Assembly: GCA_013265495.1 (NCBI GenBank)
Contig: MU059820.1
Coordinates: 1,638,722 to 1,702,721 of the forward strand
DNA from: Vicugna vicugna
Lineage: Eukaryota
DNA length: 64,000 bases
Reading direction: 5' to 3'
Part shown: positions 11,971 through 24,752 of the stretch, one piece after another
How the letters are laid out: each line of letters starts with the position of its first letter
Numbering within the stretch: position 1 is the stretch's first letter
Program-made: the position numbers and the translations under genes
Notes under the pieces: generated by a model
Database searches by the model: none
What the model was told of the DNA's origin: nothing
The model's input: only the letters and a program-made list of their open reading frames with translations

Positions 11971-12118
11971 ACTGGACTCAACCAGTGCAACCTCTCACCA
12001 CCCCCCACGCCTAAGCCCCCCTCCCTCCCTTCCCCAGCCCCAGGACTCTCTAGCTCAGGAGACCTAGGCCGAAGGGCACCCCTGGGCGTAGTTAAGTCCT
12101 TTCCAACCTCACTTCCCT

Positions 12119-12200
12119 TAACAAACTTTTATGGAGCGCTTGCTCTGTGCCAAACGCTGTGTGCCAGGCGCTGGAGCCAGAGAAGGAATAATCAGATCGC
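12119..12200 (-). mobile_element. L2 3'-end relic
   Basis: caaacttttatggagcgcttgctctgtgcca...tgtgccaggcgctgg. Confidence 0.5.
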
Positions 12201-12304
12201 TCTGAGCCAGAGTGAGCAGCTCTAAGGCCTCTGACAATTGTGTTTGTGTGTCTGTGTGTAGAGGTTGCAATAAAGGAGAGACAGCATCAATAATCAGATA
12301 TCAA

Positions 12305-12480
12305 CAGTTGGCATTTATTGAGAGTTTACTACTGGCCAGATCCTGTTCTAAATCTTATTATATACTCTCTCTTCACCACCCACCTAGAGTGTATTCTTTT
12401 TTAAACTCCATATTAAGCACCATGCCTGAGGTCACATAGCAAGTGGTGCTTTGTTGAACCCAAGTGGTCCAGCTCTCGAG
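12305..12480 (-). mobile_element. MIR SINE relic
   Basis: catttattgag...gtcacatagcaagtgg...ttgaaccca. Confidence 0.55.
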
Positions 12481-12579
12481 TGGTCCAACTTATGACCTGG
12501 TGAGGCCTCCAGGCTCACCTGGCTCACGGAGGAAGCCCTGGCTTAGTTTGTGGTCAGCCGCTTAGCCCTCCAGCCCGGA

Positions 12580-13160
12580 GCCATTCAGTCCGCGGTGGTT
12601 AAACCGCCCCTGACCTCGGATTTCTCCCGCAGTGTCTCGGGCTCGGGTAGGGTAACCGTGCGCACGACCAGCCACTTCCAAGTCCGTGGCTGGCGCTGGG
12701 TGGGGACAGCAACGCCTCATGTCTCGGAATCCTTCAAATGCCCTTTACAGAGCCTCATCAACGACCCGATTCATTCCCCCTCCCGTCATTTGTCTCTGCC
12801 ACCGAAAAATGCCCGCCGAGAGCTATTTTGCATTTCCTCCTTCTATTTTGTGTTTTCTTTAAAAGAAAAAAAATTTTGGCTACAGGACTCGGTGACTTGG
12901 GGCAGCGAGTCAGCCACGAGCTCTGCGTTTCGAAAAAGCAGATCTTTTCAAAACTCTTTTTCCCCAACATTCCTAGTGTGATTTATTTTTAAAAACGCAT
13001 GCGCTGGGGAAGAGCGGATCCCGGGGATGTATTTGAAAGCCGAGGCTTTTACAACGTAAAGCCAACGGTGTGGGAGCCGGCGGGGTAATGGCGCTCTTGG
13101 AGTTCTTCCCGCGCGCCCTGCGCTCTGCCTCCGCGCTCACTTCCAGAGCCCGGAGCGGCA
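12580..13160. promoter_or_regulatory. CpG-rich block in SIM2 intron 2
   Basis: Retained CpGs well above the local background; boundaries approximate. Confidence 0.6.
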
Positions 13161-14720
13161 TTTTGCATGTCTGATGCTCCTACATATTGTAAGTGACACT
13201 AATATCAGGGACAACTAAGTGCCGGGGAGCGCTAGTGAAAACCTGGCGGCAAAGTCAACACCCCCGTTTCTCCACCGTACATTTAATTAATTCCGGAGTG
13301 GTGTGTGGATGGGCGTCTTTGCAGTTAATACATATGCAAACGCATGAGGTCATTTGAAGCTATAAAGGCATACCCAACGTTTTCCATTAAGAATATTATT
13401 TTTTAAGCTCCCGCTGGCAACTTTCAGAACTTAATTATGATTTTCTCTTTTACTGGTGTGGCTGACCTACCCATGCTATTTCATCAAATGTATCTCTTTA
13501 ATGATTTTGAGTTAAGCAAGAATGCAAAGTGTGCCAAAATGTTGATAACTTTAGAAACTGCTAGAGTTTATATTTTTGAAAAAGAGTTTACTTGGGGAAA
13601 CATTTCGTAGCTGAGTTAGAAACATAAAAGTCAGGCTTATAATCAAGATGTTGATTTCAACCTCCGCACAGGGAAAGGTAATGATAGCTTACTTGGCAAA
13701 GAATTTTCGCATCAAAACTGTCTGAGGCAGCAGAGTGTTAAGGCTATCTTTCCAGTTTCACTTCTGCTACATTCTTTTTAGCCCCCCCCCCAACAAAGAA
13801 GGGGCGGATTTAGAAAAACCAAAGGTAATCTGGTTTCAATTACATGCTGTAAAAATAGAATTTGTGGCCAGAAATTAATCTGGAATATTTTTTATGGGGG
13901 CAACGTTGTGGTTCGTATGGGTCTTTCCCCAACTTTATTGCTTTTCTTTGGTTCTGGTTCTAAAATGTGAATGGGTAAATAAAATGCAGTTTCCTTTTTC
14001 AAAAATAATTTAGTCCTTTTATCTTCGCCACACATAAATATAATCATTACCTTTTATTTGTCTTAATTACCTTATAATTTTACTTTATGTTTTTGAGTGC
14101 TAGCCAACCTAGGCAAAATCGGAGTATAATTTAGGTAACTTAAATTTTTCAGAAATTGATACTTTTTCCCCTTGAATTTTGCAAATGTTGTTTGATCTCT
14201 TGCAAATTCTAAATAATTAATTCTGTAGACACAGTCTGTTAAAAATAACTGAGTGTTTTCTTTTATTTTCTGGGGAATGGTCGTGTTCGGAATTTATTAT
14301 TCAAATGGTACTTAGGGATAACTAGAAAATTGTGGCAAATAAAGCGTGTGTTCTAGTGGTATAAATGGCTGCCAGTTATGACATAAAATGGTCTATACAG
14401 TGGTAGATTTTCCCCTAAGTACCACAGAACTCCGGATTTGTGCTAAGTGCTAAAATAACCCCAAACAATAAAGCTACTACATTTAAACTGAGCATGATAG
14501 GAATTCTCAAATGTTTTGCATGATTTTTGTGATGTGGATATAAGACTCTTTTTAAAGTGCTTTAAAAGCATTTGAGTGCCTGGCTGGGGAACTAAACCTT
14601 CAGTCCTTTTCATGGCCCCTGGGACTCCGTTTACGTTGCATTTAACGAATATACATTGATGATAATATTTTATACATTCGTCCATCCCAGGGACAGTACA
14701 ATGATTAGATTTAACTCTAA

Positions 14721-14861
<141 letters not shown>

Positions 14862-17800
14862 TAATTTTATGTACAACCAAAATAATAAATTAAGCATTGG
14901 CAGATCTTGACAGCTTTACCCAATTTGAATATGAGTCTGTCTGGGTGTCTGCTTTTGTGCACGAAGGTAATCCAAAATTGCAAAATCGTCTTCTTAGGTC
15001 AGCCAGTGGGGCTTTTCTTTTCCGTGTTACATTTCACTTTTTTACTTTCTTTTTCCTTTGGGGTTAATGACCAGTAATATCTTCACAACAGTCAGCCTCA
15101 ATTGATAGCCTGGACTCTGCTTATACAGTAACGCTCTCTGCCGCTAACAAGAGCTTCACAAAGGGAGATTTTTTTAGTCCTCCCTTGATGGTCTGCACGT
15201 GGTTTTGTGAGTTGCTAGGAAAGCGAGAGAAAAGCTGATGTAGAACATGGATTTTATGCAGAATGTGCTTTGGGGAGAGAGAAAAGGTTGGAGGGGGTAG
15301 ATTTATGAGTGTTCACATGGAATTCAGGGTAATTTTTCCTGAGTTTTTCCAGTTCAGTGGTCGTTTCAGTAAAGCATTTTATATGCTTGTGATAGAAACT
15401 CATAAAACTCAGTTTACTACTGTTTTGCACAGCAAGGTCCTGGTTTCTTTTAGAACATTTAAATATTACTGATTTTTCTGGAACCATCTTCTAAAAAGGG
15501 GTTCATTCCTTAGAGGAAAGAAGTGCGCTCAGCTTTATCTATCCCATCAAACCAAGGGTGTAGAGCATTTGGCTGCTGTCTGGGCTGTGGCGGGTCTGGA
15601 TGGCGAGGAGTCTACTGATGGTTGCCATGCACATTTCTGATTTAACAAGCGTGGATCATGGTCCTAAGAGTCACATTTTTTTTTAATACATATAGGGGCT
15701 AAACGTTTCTTCACATTGTGAATTATCAGAGCCCTTTTTTTTAATTATTATTATTACAACTGAAGACACACTAGAATTAATTAGATACAGGAAATGGGCT
15801 CCCAGGGGGAACATGAATAATCTGTGTTGCACCAGCCTCCTCATGTAGTTAAGCCAAAATAAAACATGCCAATTAAAGTGGCTTGGGTTTTCTCACTGAG
15901 AAACAAAATTACCAATTTGGAAACCTGCATCTGATGTATTCCTTTTCTTTTTCTGCCAAGATGTTTTTTAAACCTCCTATTTATTTGCAATCTTCTTTTC
16001 CAATGGATGGAAAAAATTTTTCCTTATCCATGAGGTGGGTTTCTGTGCCCATGTGTTTCTTCTGCAAAGTCTTCTAAATTGAATTGCATATTAAAATTGC
16101 ATGGTGTTTTCTTTTCTCTTCCTCTTCTCTTCCTTTATGATACCAGGTCTCCCAAATAAGATTGACTAAGGCTTGACTGTTAACCTATGTGACTCATGGG
16201 ATTAGTGACCTTGTAGAATGGGAAATACTGTTGGGAACATGAAATTTACTCTTTTTATTTTTCTGAATTTCCACCTTATTATTCTCAGAATATTTAGAAT
16301 CATTTAAGGCCCGTTAGTTGAACCCAGCTTGATTTCTACCCCTGGCTTGATCTGTGGCTGAGTGCTCTTGATCAGATTACTTAATTTTTTAAATCGTAAC
16401 TTATAAAAACTTTGATTAGTTTTATAATAATGTCACAAATAAGACAAAACATTTCACAGACTTTTAGAATGACCTGTCAAACATATTTTAAAATAGGTAG
16501 CGTCACTTTTACTGAATATTTCATTTAGGTCTGAGCTCCCTAGTAGTCAAAGCAAAAAGGGAAATACATCCAGTTATATGATTCTCATTGTCCAATAAGG
16601 CCAGGTAATTGACCTCCCTGAATCATAACTAAGAAAATAATGCCTGCTCCACCCCCTCTTTCAGGATCATGTGAGAAACATATCAAAGTGCATATTTTAT
16701 GTGATTTATAAACTATAGGGAGCTACACAAAAGCCAGGCATGATCACAGTTTCATTAGAACTGCACATAAAATAGCACAAAAGTTGCTAAAACAGCATAC
16801 TTTGGTGGGCACATATTAGAGATACTCAGTCATGGGGAACATCCTGGCACATCATAAGGCACTGTGCACGTACCAGGACTTTCCAGATCATTCCATCAGG
16901 CTGCTCAGTCTGGCATCCTACATTTCTCGCTCTGTCATCTTTCTCTTTTCGTGTGGGAAATAAAAATGATTGTTTTTGAAGACAGTAATTAAGAATGGCC
17001 AAAATATTGGCTAGGACACATGATTAACTCCACAAAAGGAATTCTAAGTAGAATCATAATTTAAATTGTATTTCCTTTTGGTCCTAATGCAGACATAAGA
17101 CTTTGTATGTCATAATTTTGGAAGAGGACGGAGTGATACACTACCATTTTCCAAGGAAGTTGTAGAGGTGCCTTTTGTCTATATGTTGTGAGGAAAGTGT
17201 CAATTTGAAAAAAGTCAAACTGACTGTGTAGAGCGGCTGATTTTTTTTCTGATCTCCTGGCGGGACTGTCTCAGTATCAGTCTCCAGCTACAAAAACACT
17301 TTCATGCAGCCGTGAGCCCTTGTTAGTGTCTGGGGAGTTGTTCGTGGTGAACTGTTTAAATAAGCAACAACAAGCTTTTCCCTCAAATCTGCCTCCTGTT
17401 CACGATTAACTCTGCAGAAGGAGATCTAGGCAGAGTCCTAATGTGTATTTTTTTCCCCTGTCTTCTTAATAGTAAAATAAGGTATTGAAAGGAATGTCAA
17501 ATACCCAACTTCTGTTTTAAAAACAATTTTTACACCTTTTAGATTATTTTTATTAGTAGTAAAAAGCCAGACAAATATGCCAAACATGAAAACTTTATTA
17601 AAATAGACTTCAAGGTTTTTTTAATCACCAGAGTTGAAGTGTTAATAAAATTTTACCCACTAGTCAGAGTAACTTTTTAAACAGGTTTTCTGATGAATAA
17701 GGACAGTAATAGCTTATATCTACATACCACCCTTCTGTGTTCCAAGAACTGTCGGTTACTCTCAGTGACAATATCTCTTTAAGTAATGACATCTTCCACA

Positions 17801-20800
17801 TTAATTCGGGGTTAAACTCTATCAGCAGCTCAGCATCTAGGGAACATAAGCTCCTAGGTTTGCCATAATGACGTGATAACTCATAGCAAAGTGGTGCATT
17901 TTTAAAAATCTGCACTATCTAAATAAGTTTCTGAATTATCTATCTGAGAGCATAAAAATTATTCTTTATGTGTGATAAGTCCATCCCAATCAAAACCTTT
18001 TTGGAACTTTTTTTTTTTAGCAAGTATTGGAATAAGCGGTCTACTTCATGTGGCAGAATTTATTAGTTTATTTTTGCTTTTAAATGAATAAATGCAGCCA
18101 TCCTTGCTGTCAGACTTTAGTACCAAAAAATGGCAGTGAGAACCACAAAGTGTGAGTTGACCCTTCAGCCCGCGGTGCAAGTGTTGGGAAAGAAAGTCGA
18201 GCTTCTGCTTGAAAGTTCCAGTTGGTGTTCCGCACACAATCATAACACATAATCATTCACGTAGACAAACTTGTATCTACTCGGAGGGGGTAGAGTTGGA
18301 GGCGCACTCTTTATCTGCCAAGGTTATGAAATGATTTAGCTTCATGGTTTTCTGGTTAACGAAATTAACTTATATTTGAAGAAGGATAAAAGCCTTACTG
18401 CGTACCTGCTCTGTATTTCTTTGAACATTTTAAAGGATCCTTGTGGCTTCAATCTCCTTACCAAAGTTGCATATGGTCTATAACATCCAGGTAACTAATA
18501 CACATTCTCACATAATACAGCTATGTCTGAAATAGCTGTTCACGAGATACATAAAGGAAAATGGAATATTTGAGATTGTGGCCGGAAGCCCACCGTAAAA
18601 ACAGCCATGGTGTTGTTTGGGGCCATAAGACCTAATCCTTTCACTTTTGAAATAAAGAGAAAGAACAGCATTTAATGTTTGTTGACATAACTTGAACCCT
18701 GAAACCCAAACCATCTTATTTTAAAATGCTTAATTTACCATACTCAGCAAAACACCCAAAGCAGAGTAATGTGTGTTTCCAGAATACTGGGTGACTTTCC
18801 CCTTCTGACCCAGAATATATCCATTTAGTGCTGTATTTATCATATGTAGTTTTCTTGGCAGGAAGAAAAGCTATTCAGCAAAACATAAAAAAGCTCTTAG
18901 TAGGAAAGCAATTCATTTTGTAGTTAGCTGGGTTTTACGAATACTAAAATATCACATTGAGGGGCTGTTTTAATAAGGTTGATGTATGAGACCTGGGGAG
19001 TTTTATAGCGACAACCGTATTTTTTTTTTCTTTTTTTGGTGAGGTAGTCACATTTCTTTCAACATTCAAAAGCACGAGTAGGTATGTAAATATAGGGAAC
19101 ACCACGTCAACCATAATTTTGAGTCAAGGTCAGCACGGTTTTATCATTCCAAAATTTGTCCTTTAAAAACATTTCCGTTATTTGAAGACGACCTTGCCTC
19201 CTGGACAGCCCTAGAGGTTTATAATTGACCCAAGTATTCAGAAAATCAACCCTTCTAGTCTGCCTACCTTCCCTCATCTCCCCCACATGCTTGTGATGAG
19301 AACGGAATTTCTTTGGAGACAGATGAAGCTACTCTGGGATTAAAAAAAAGAACTTCAAGCAAATCAGAATTGTCATGTTTCTCTAAAAACCTGGGTAAGG
19401 GAAAATGAGAGGTCAACACACAAAAAATTCTATTTCGTCTTTTTTTTTTCATTTTTAAAATAAGCCGTTGAAATTATGGATCAAGTGAAAAAATAGTTCC
19501 CTGATTTATTAGCCTGTGTCACCCACCATGGGACAGACTCTCTAAGGCTGCCCTCAGGAAGAAAGGAGATTGACCCGTCCAAGTGGCTGGCTTGAGTGTT
19601 GCTGGTTTATTTAAACTTTGTAAGGATTAACAGGACGGACTTGAGAGAAGGGTGTTTAGTTTTTAGTCTCTATTTTTAATGAAGTCATGCTGTAACTTTT
19701 TACATAGGCAGATATCCAGTTGAGTCCTTAGGAAAGTGTCAGGTTGGGGAGGTGGAGAGAGAGGGTTTGCTCTGTTTGCATGATGTGGGAGAAAAATTCC
19801 ATGAATAATGCAGAAAACAGAACTGTGAAAACCATTTAAGGGACAAAATTACCTAGCAGGCCAGAAACATAACTTGTTAGAATAAAAAGGCAGCTCATAC
19901 ATCTTTACAAAGTGGAAGAAGTAGCTGGAGGAACGCAATAAATGACTTCATCTCTCCATGCCCCCCAACCCCGCTACCACCACCACTACCCACCCCACCG
20001 CTGTCCTGAGCAGAAAGCAAGTGGCTTTGACACCGATTTGAGGCAGTGGTCCCCAGGAGAACCTCCCCATTCAGCTGCCTGGCTGGGGTTGCACCACCAG
20101 GGCTGCCCCTTTACAGAAGATCATGTTATCTGTGCTCTAATCGAGCGCAGAGCTAGTCTCCCAACGAAACAGGTGGGGAGACACCCTTAAAAATAACGAG
20201 GGAGTGGTTGGGACAACCCTGAGCTCGCCCTCGCCCTCGCCCCTGGAGGCAGGGCCAAGAAAGAGGTCCTCAGACCCGCCTGAGGTTCTGTGCGCCCAAA
20301 GGCAGTGTCTCACCCACTCTGGGCTTTGGGGTCCCACTGGCTGCAGTAGACATGCCATCACCGCACCGGGGCCCTGATCAATACCAGGTGCCCTGACTCA
20401 CTGTCCTTGGCTGCACTGTTGTAGCTCTGAAAGAGGATCCACCCACCACTGCTCAGAAGTTGCACCGTTGGTGGTAGTTTCTGGAATGTCCTATGCCACT
20501 GCCAATAGGTGAGGGGGCTCTGGTCCTGAGAATTTGTTATCTCCTGTCATGGCACTTGTGTTTGGAAGAACAGTCACAAAGTTCTCAAGACCAGGAGCTG
20601 AGTCTCTGGGGACCTCTGGTGAAAGATGGTAACTACGGTTCTTTCCTAGAGACACCTGTGCCTGCAAAGGGTCCTGTCCAACAGGGACGTGGCCTCTAGG
20701 CTCCATGGTGGCCTCTGTGGGGTGTGTCTGGAGTAGGTGGGGTCCAAACATCAGGGGAGCAACCCCACGGTCATGTGGCTCTCTGGAGAGGTCCAGACCC

Positions 20801-21337
20801 TCCCCGAGGTCACGCAGCTGCCCAGCCACACCCGAGGGTGGGAGCTGCACATTAGCACAGTCACCCTGGACCAAGGAAGCCACAGACACGTTTCTGGCCA
20901 CGTGAAGGAGGCCCAGCAGAGCCCGAGGGGAAGGACCTTGTTGGGGGCGAGCACCCCAGGCTGTCGCAGGGACCCCACAGGACATGGCTGCTGGTCTCCC
21001 GGCTGCCAGTCCCCACAGGCAGCAAGTGAAGGATGGGGCCCAGCTCCAGTCTGATTGAAGCCACCTCCTACATGAAGGATGCTGCCTGGGCCGGAAGAGT
21101 CCCTCAGCTCCATGGCACACTTTTTCCATCCTTCCTTCCAGTTCCTCCTGCTCAGGACTCTCCTGTCCCTGTTGGAAGGTGTTGAGAAAAGGCAAACGTT
21201 TCCGTGTGCAGAGAAGGTGTGGGTTGTAGGCGGAGATCAAAGTCCTGTCCCTGGCGGGTGCACACTGTGATGCACCTCCCCCCACCCCCTGCAGTGCTGG
21301 AGAGGATTCCTGACGCCTCCCTTCCCTCCCGCGGCAG

Positions 21338-21446
21338 GTGGAGCTCACGGGCAACAGCATCTACGAGTACATCCACCCCTCCGACCATGACGAGATGACG
21401 GCCGTCCTGGCGGCCCACCAGCCGCTTCACCATCACCTGCTCCAAG
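21338..21446 (+). CDS. SIM2: SIM2 coding exon 4 (PAS-A)
   Basis: gcggcag|GTG GAG CTC... encodes [36 protein letters not shown](E); donor AAG|GTACTT; 109 nt. Confidence 0.98.
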
Positions 21447-23763
21447 GTACTTCCTCCAGACGAAAAGAAAGCCGAATGAACACCAGACGAGGCTCTTGGC
21501 TGTAGCCCGAGGGTTTGGTTTCCCACGCGGCCCAGCCAGGGCCCCTCCAGCAAACACACGGTGCCCACCAAGGGGGGAGTTGCTTTTATGTCTCTGTCCT
21601 TTAAAGCAACACTACCGACCCCCTTTCATGCACCAGAGACTGAGAGATGGGGGGCAGGAGACAGAGAAAAGTGCTCAAAGGCTTCTCCCCTCAGGTGCTC
21701 TTGGTTTAGAATTCCAGCAACACGGGTCTAGACCTGGGCCTTTTGACAAAGGGTCTGAGGATCGAGCTCAGGGGCGCCTCGAAATTGCATGCGAAAATGA
21801 CATCTTTATTCCTTCCAGTTGGAATCTGGTATTTCCCTTGCCTGTAGATTGTAGACACTAGGCCACTACTGTCCCTGGTACCTGGGGCTTCGCCTACAAC
21901 AGAAATCACAGGTATTTTCACTTCACATTACAGTTGTTGCAGGCATTTAAACGTATCAGTTATGCTCACCACTACTTTGAAATTTCTGGAGTTTATGCTC
22001 CAAGAGCTTATTATTCAAGGTGTTAATAAAGCAGCATATTTGTAACCATATCACCACTTGTTTGAATATTTCAGTAATTCCTTTTGGATACAGTTGATCC
22101 CCTTTGTAATCTCATTTATTTTTATGCAGTAAGAACTGTTAGTCTGAGTGGGGATCTGCAGGTTTTGTACTGAGGCACAGGTCAGTTAAGAAGCCCTGGT
22201 CTGGATGGAGGAGGCAGGTCCATCTCGCTGGCCTGGCTCCATGGGGACAAGAGCCTCCCCCCACAGTCCCACGGTTTAACATGTGTTGACTGGCTCCCCG
22301 CTTCTGGAACAGACATGGCGTGGCTGTGATGTGGGGCACACCATGACACAAAAGAGTCCTTAACTCATCATTGCCATGTGTGCTAGGGACATGCAGAAGA
22401 ACTTATTCCAGGGGCCCTGGCCTTGTAACTCCCTCTGACCGTCCAGTGAGACCAGCACGCTGACCGAGGGGTCTTTAGTCTGCTCCGGACTGTGGTGTCC
22501 CAGCTTGGCCAAACTTCCCCAGTGAGACGAAATGCAAAAGGAGAAATGTCCAAAGTGATGAGAATGGGGTAGCCAGTCACAGGGGGAATAAAGTGGGCTC
22601 CATTCTTCCTTCTTCCTCTGGGAGGGGTCATTCCAAGGCTAGGAGGAGCGAACAGAACCGTACCCTCAGTTTCAAACCCCTTGCAGACCCAGCTCTGTGG
22701 CTCCTGTGTTTTAGCCCCAGAAGCAGTCACCACGCGTCTACCAAGGAGGGAGACTGGCACGCTGGTTTCTGAGCTGAGATGTGGGCTTAGGGGTAGCTGT
22801 GGCCCCTGGTGCTTAAGTCCTTAGAAATGGTCTGACGGCAGAAATGAAGAGGCATAAGGCTCTGAAGAAGCAATGTCTAACAAAGAGAGTGATGAGAGGA
22901 CGTTGCTCCTGAATTTAGTTCTTTCACTGTGGGGTTGTTTAAAGCTGGACAAAGACCGCAGGAGTCTCAGAGAATTCCTCAGACCGTCCTGTTGTTAGTG
23001 TTTTAAGTTACACAGCGTGTTAATTGCATGGCACAGGCGTTCTGCCATTAGCTGTTGTTTCATTTTATCCTTCCACGTCTAAGCCTTTAAAAAGGTGTAT
23101 AGAACATGACAGCAAATGAATCTTGGGACTATCCTGAGACCCTTCCAGTTTTCCATGCGGTTCACGTCAGAGGTGGAGCCGCGGTACAGGAGGAGAAGGT
23201 CTAGGGGAGGTGGGTTGTCCGCTGACTCATTTCCACAGCCACCCGAGTGCACCGGCTTGGAGGATCACCAGCGCTCAGTTTTCTCCCTGACTTCTCATTC
23301 GCAGAGTTGGCTCTCTGCAACTGAACGGGCCCCGTTGTTCTATGGTAATTGTGTGAGAAGTGGGCTCTCCCCTAAACCGGATCATTTGTTACCAGGTGAT
23401 GCTTTTTACACCTGAGTGTGCATATCTGGAAATGGGGCTGACAGGCCACCCTGTTGAATTGAAGCTTCCACCCCCAGACCCCAGCCTGCTGCAGAGCAGT
23501 CGTGGGTAAATATGGCAGCCCCTCCAACTCGGGGAGGAGGGGACCTCTGAGGCATCCCCTTACCTGCACTGGGCATGCCCTCAGGGAGAGGTGGAAGGCC
23601 CTGCTCCATTCCTAGTGGTAACCTTTCTTTAAAAATTAATTTATTAACCACTACCAAATGGCTGTTTATTTAGAGTGGAGTGACCTCACTCTCACCCCGG
23701 GGCGGGGGGAACACTGCCATCAGAGCCTCAGATTGCTGGTGTCCGGCTCCCTAAAGCAGAGTG

Positions 23764-23894
23764 GAGGGAGAGGGTAGAGCTCGGTGGTAAAGCGTGTGCT
23801 TAGCATTCACGAGGTCCTGGGTTCAATCCTCAGAACCCCCATTAAAAATAAATAAATAAACCTAATTACACCCCCCCAAAATTTTTTTTAAAAA
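23764..23894 (+). mobile_element. tRNA-derived SINE, camelid Vic-1-like
   Basis: A-box-like GTAGAGCTCGGTGG, B-box GGTTCAATCC, then tail TAAATAAACCTAATTACACCCCCCC and an A-rich end. Shared with four other copies in the window. Confidence 0.85.
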
Positions 23895-24666
23895 TGCAGA
23901 GGGTGTTTCCTTAGGGGACATTTGCATTTGCAATAGTGAGATCAGAGATTCGGGTGTGAGGCCTGCAAGAGGAGTGAAGGGAAGGCTTTGGGCCAGCCAG
24001 AGTGAGAGTGGACGGGGAAGGGGGCGGGGGGAGAGGGGAGGGTGTGGGGAGAGGGGAGGGGGTGGTCCATCCGGGGCTGTAACTGAAGGTGAAGGGTTGA
24101 ATCTGGGAGCGGGTCTGCTGGGTCCTGTGCCCCATCTCACGTTGCTGAGCCGTCTCGGTGCCCATGGGGCCCTGCAGCTGGTGCCCACGGCCAGGTAGAG
24201 GTCTGCATCGGTGGCTTATACTCAGTATCTGCTCCCCTGGGGAATGTCAGATGCTTCTGGGCTTCCTGGTGGGCTCGGCCCCACCCAGGGCTGACCAAGG
24301 TGATTCTCTTGACACCAGGCCTCTCTGTGGCCACCAAGAAGGGACCACAGGCGGGTCAAGTTGGGCCAGGCCTCTGCATGTAGACCCTCACCTGGGCCCC
24401 AGGTTGGTGTTTCCCAAGTCCTTGCTAGGCTCGTGTTCCGGGCTGCCCTTTCTAGAGCACATGGGAGCCACAGCAGGACTGGGCCAGTCTCCCCAACCCA
24501 CCTGCATCCCGGCCACCCACACAAGCTCTCTCGGTGGGGGTCCGGATGTCCTGGGACGAGGCCTGTGGCTGCCTGATCCGGTCCCAAGGGTTTATTGAAG
24601 GAGCATCGGGGCGAGACAAGGGCATCATGGGACAGTTTGCCAACCTAACCTCACTCCTGCTTTCAG

Positions 24667-24752
24667 AGTATGAGATAGAGAGGTCCTTCTTCCTTCGAAT
24701 GAAGTGTGTCTTGGCCAAAAGAAACGCCGGCCTGACCTGCAGCGGATACAAG
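24667..24752 (+). CDS. SIM2: SIM2 coding exon 5
   Basis: tttcag|AG TAT GAG... encodes (E)[28 protein letters not shown]; donor AAG|GTGCGT; 86 nt. Confidence 0.98.

Noticed and set aside
11434-12225. 263-aa ORF containing GLGDAWGQ...LLQ
   Set aside because: Only 11624-11706 (exon 2) is coding; the rest is CpG-island intron read-through.
16109-16146. Strong polypyrimidine tract and CAG acceptor in SIM2 intron 3
   Set aside because: No good donor within normal exon distance (nearest strong one at about 16604) and no poly(A) signal for a terminal exon.
17869-17875. TGACGTG (CRE-like, and SIM/ARNT ACGTG core) in intron 3
   Set aside because: Isolated short motif. ACGTG occurs many times in the window and nothing marks this one out.
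20491-21360. 289-aa minus-strand ORF in SIM2 intron 3/exon 4
   Set aside because: No recognisable domain or family. The composition (Gly/Pro/Ala/Leu/Gln-rich) is typical of chance ORFs in GC-rich DNA.
21152-21571. 139-aa minus-strand ORF
   Set aside because: Antisense shadow of SIM2 exon 4.
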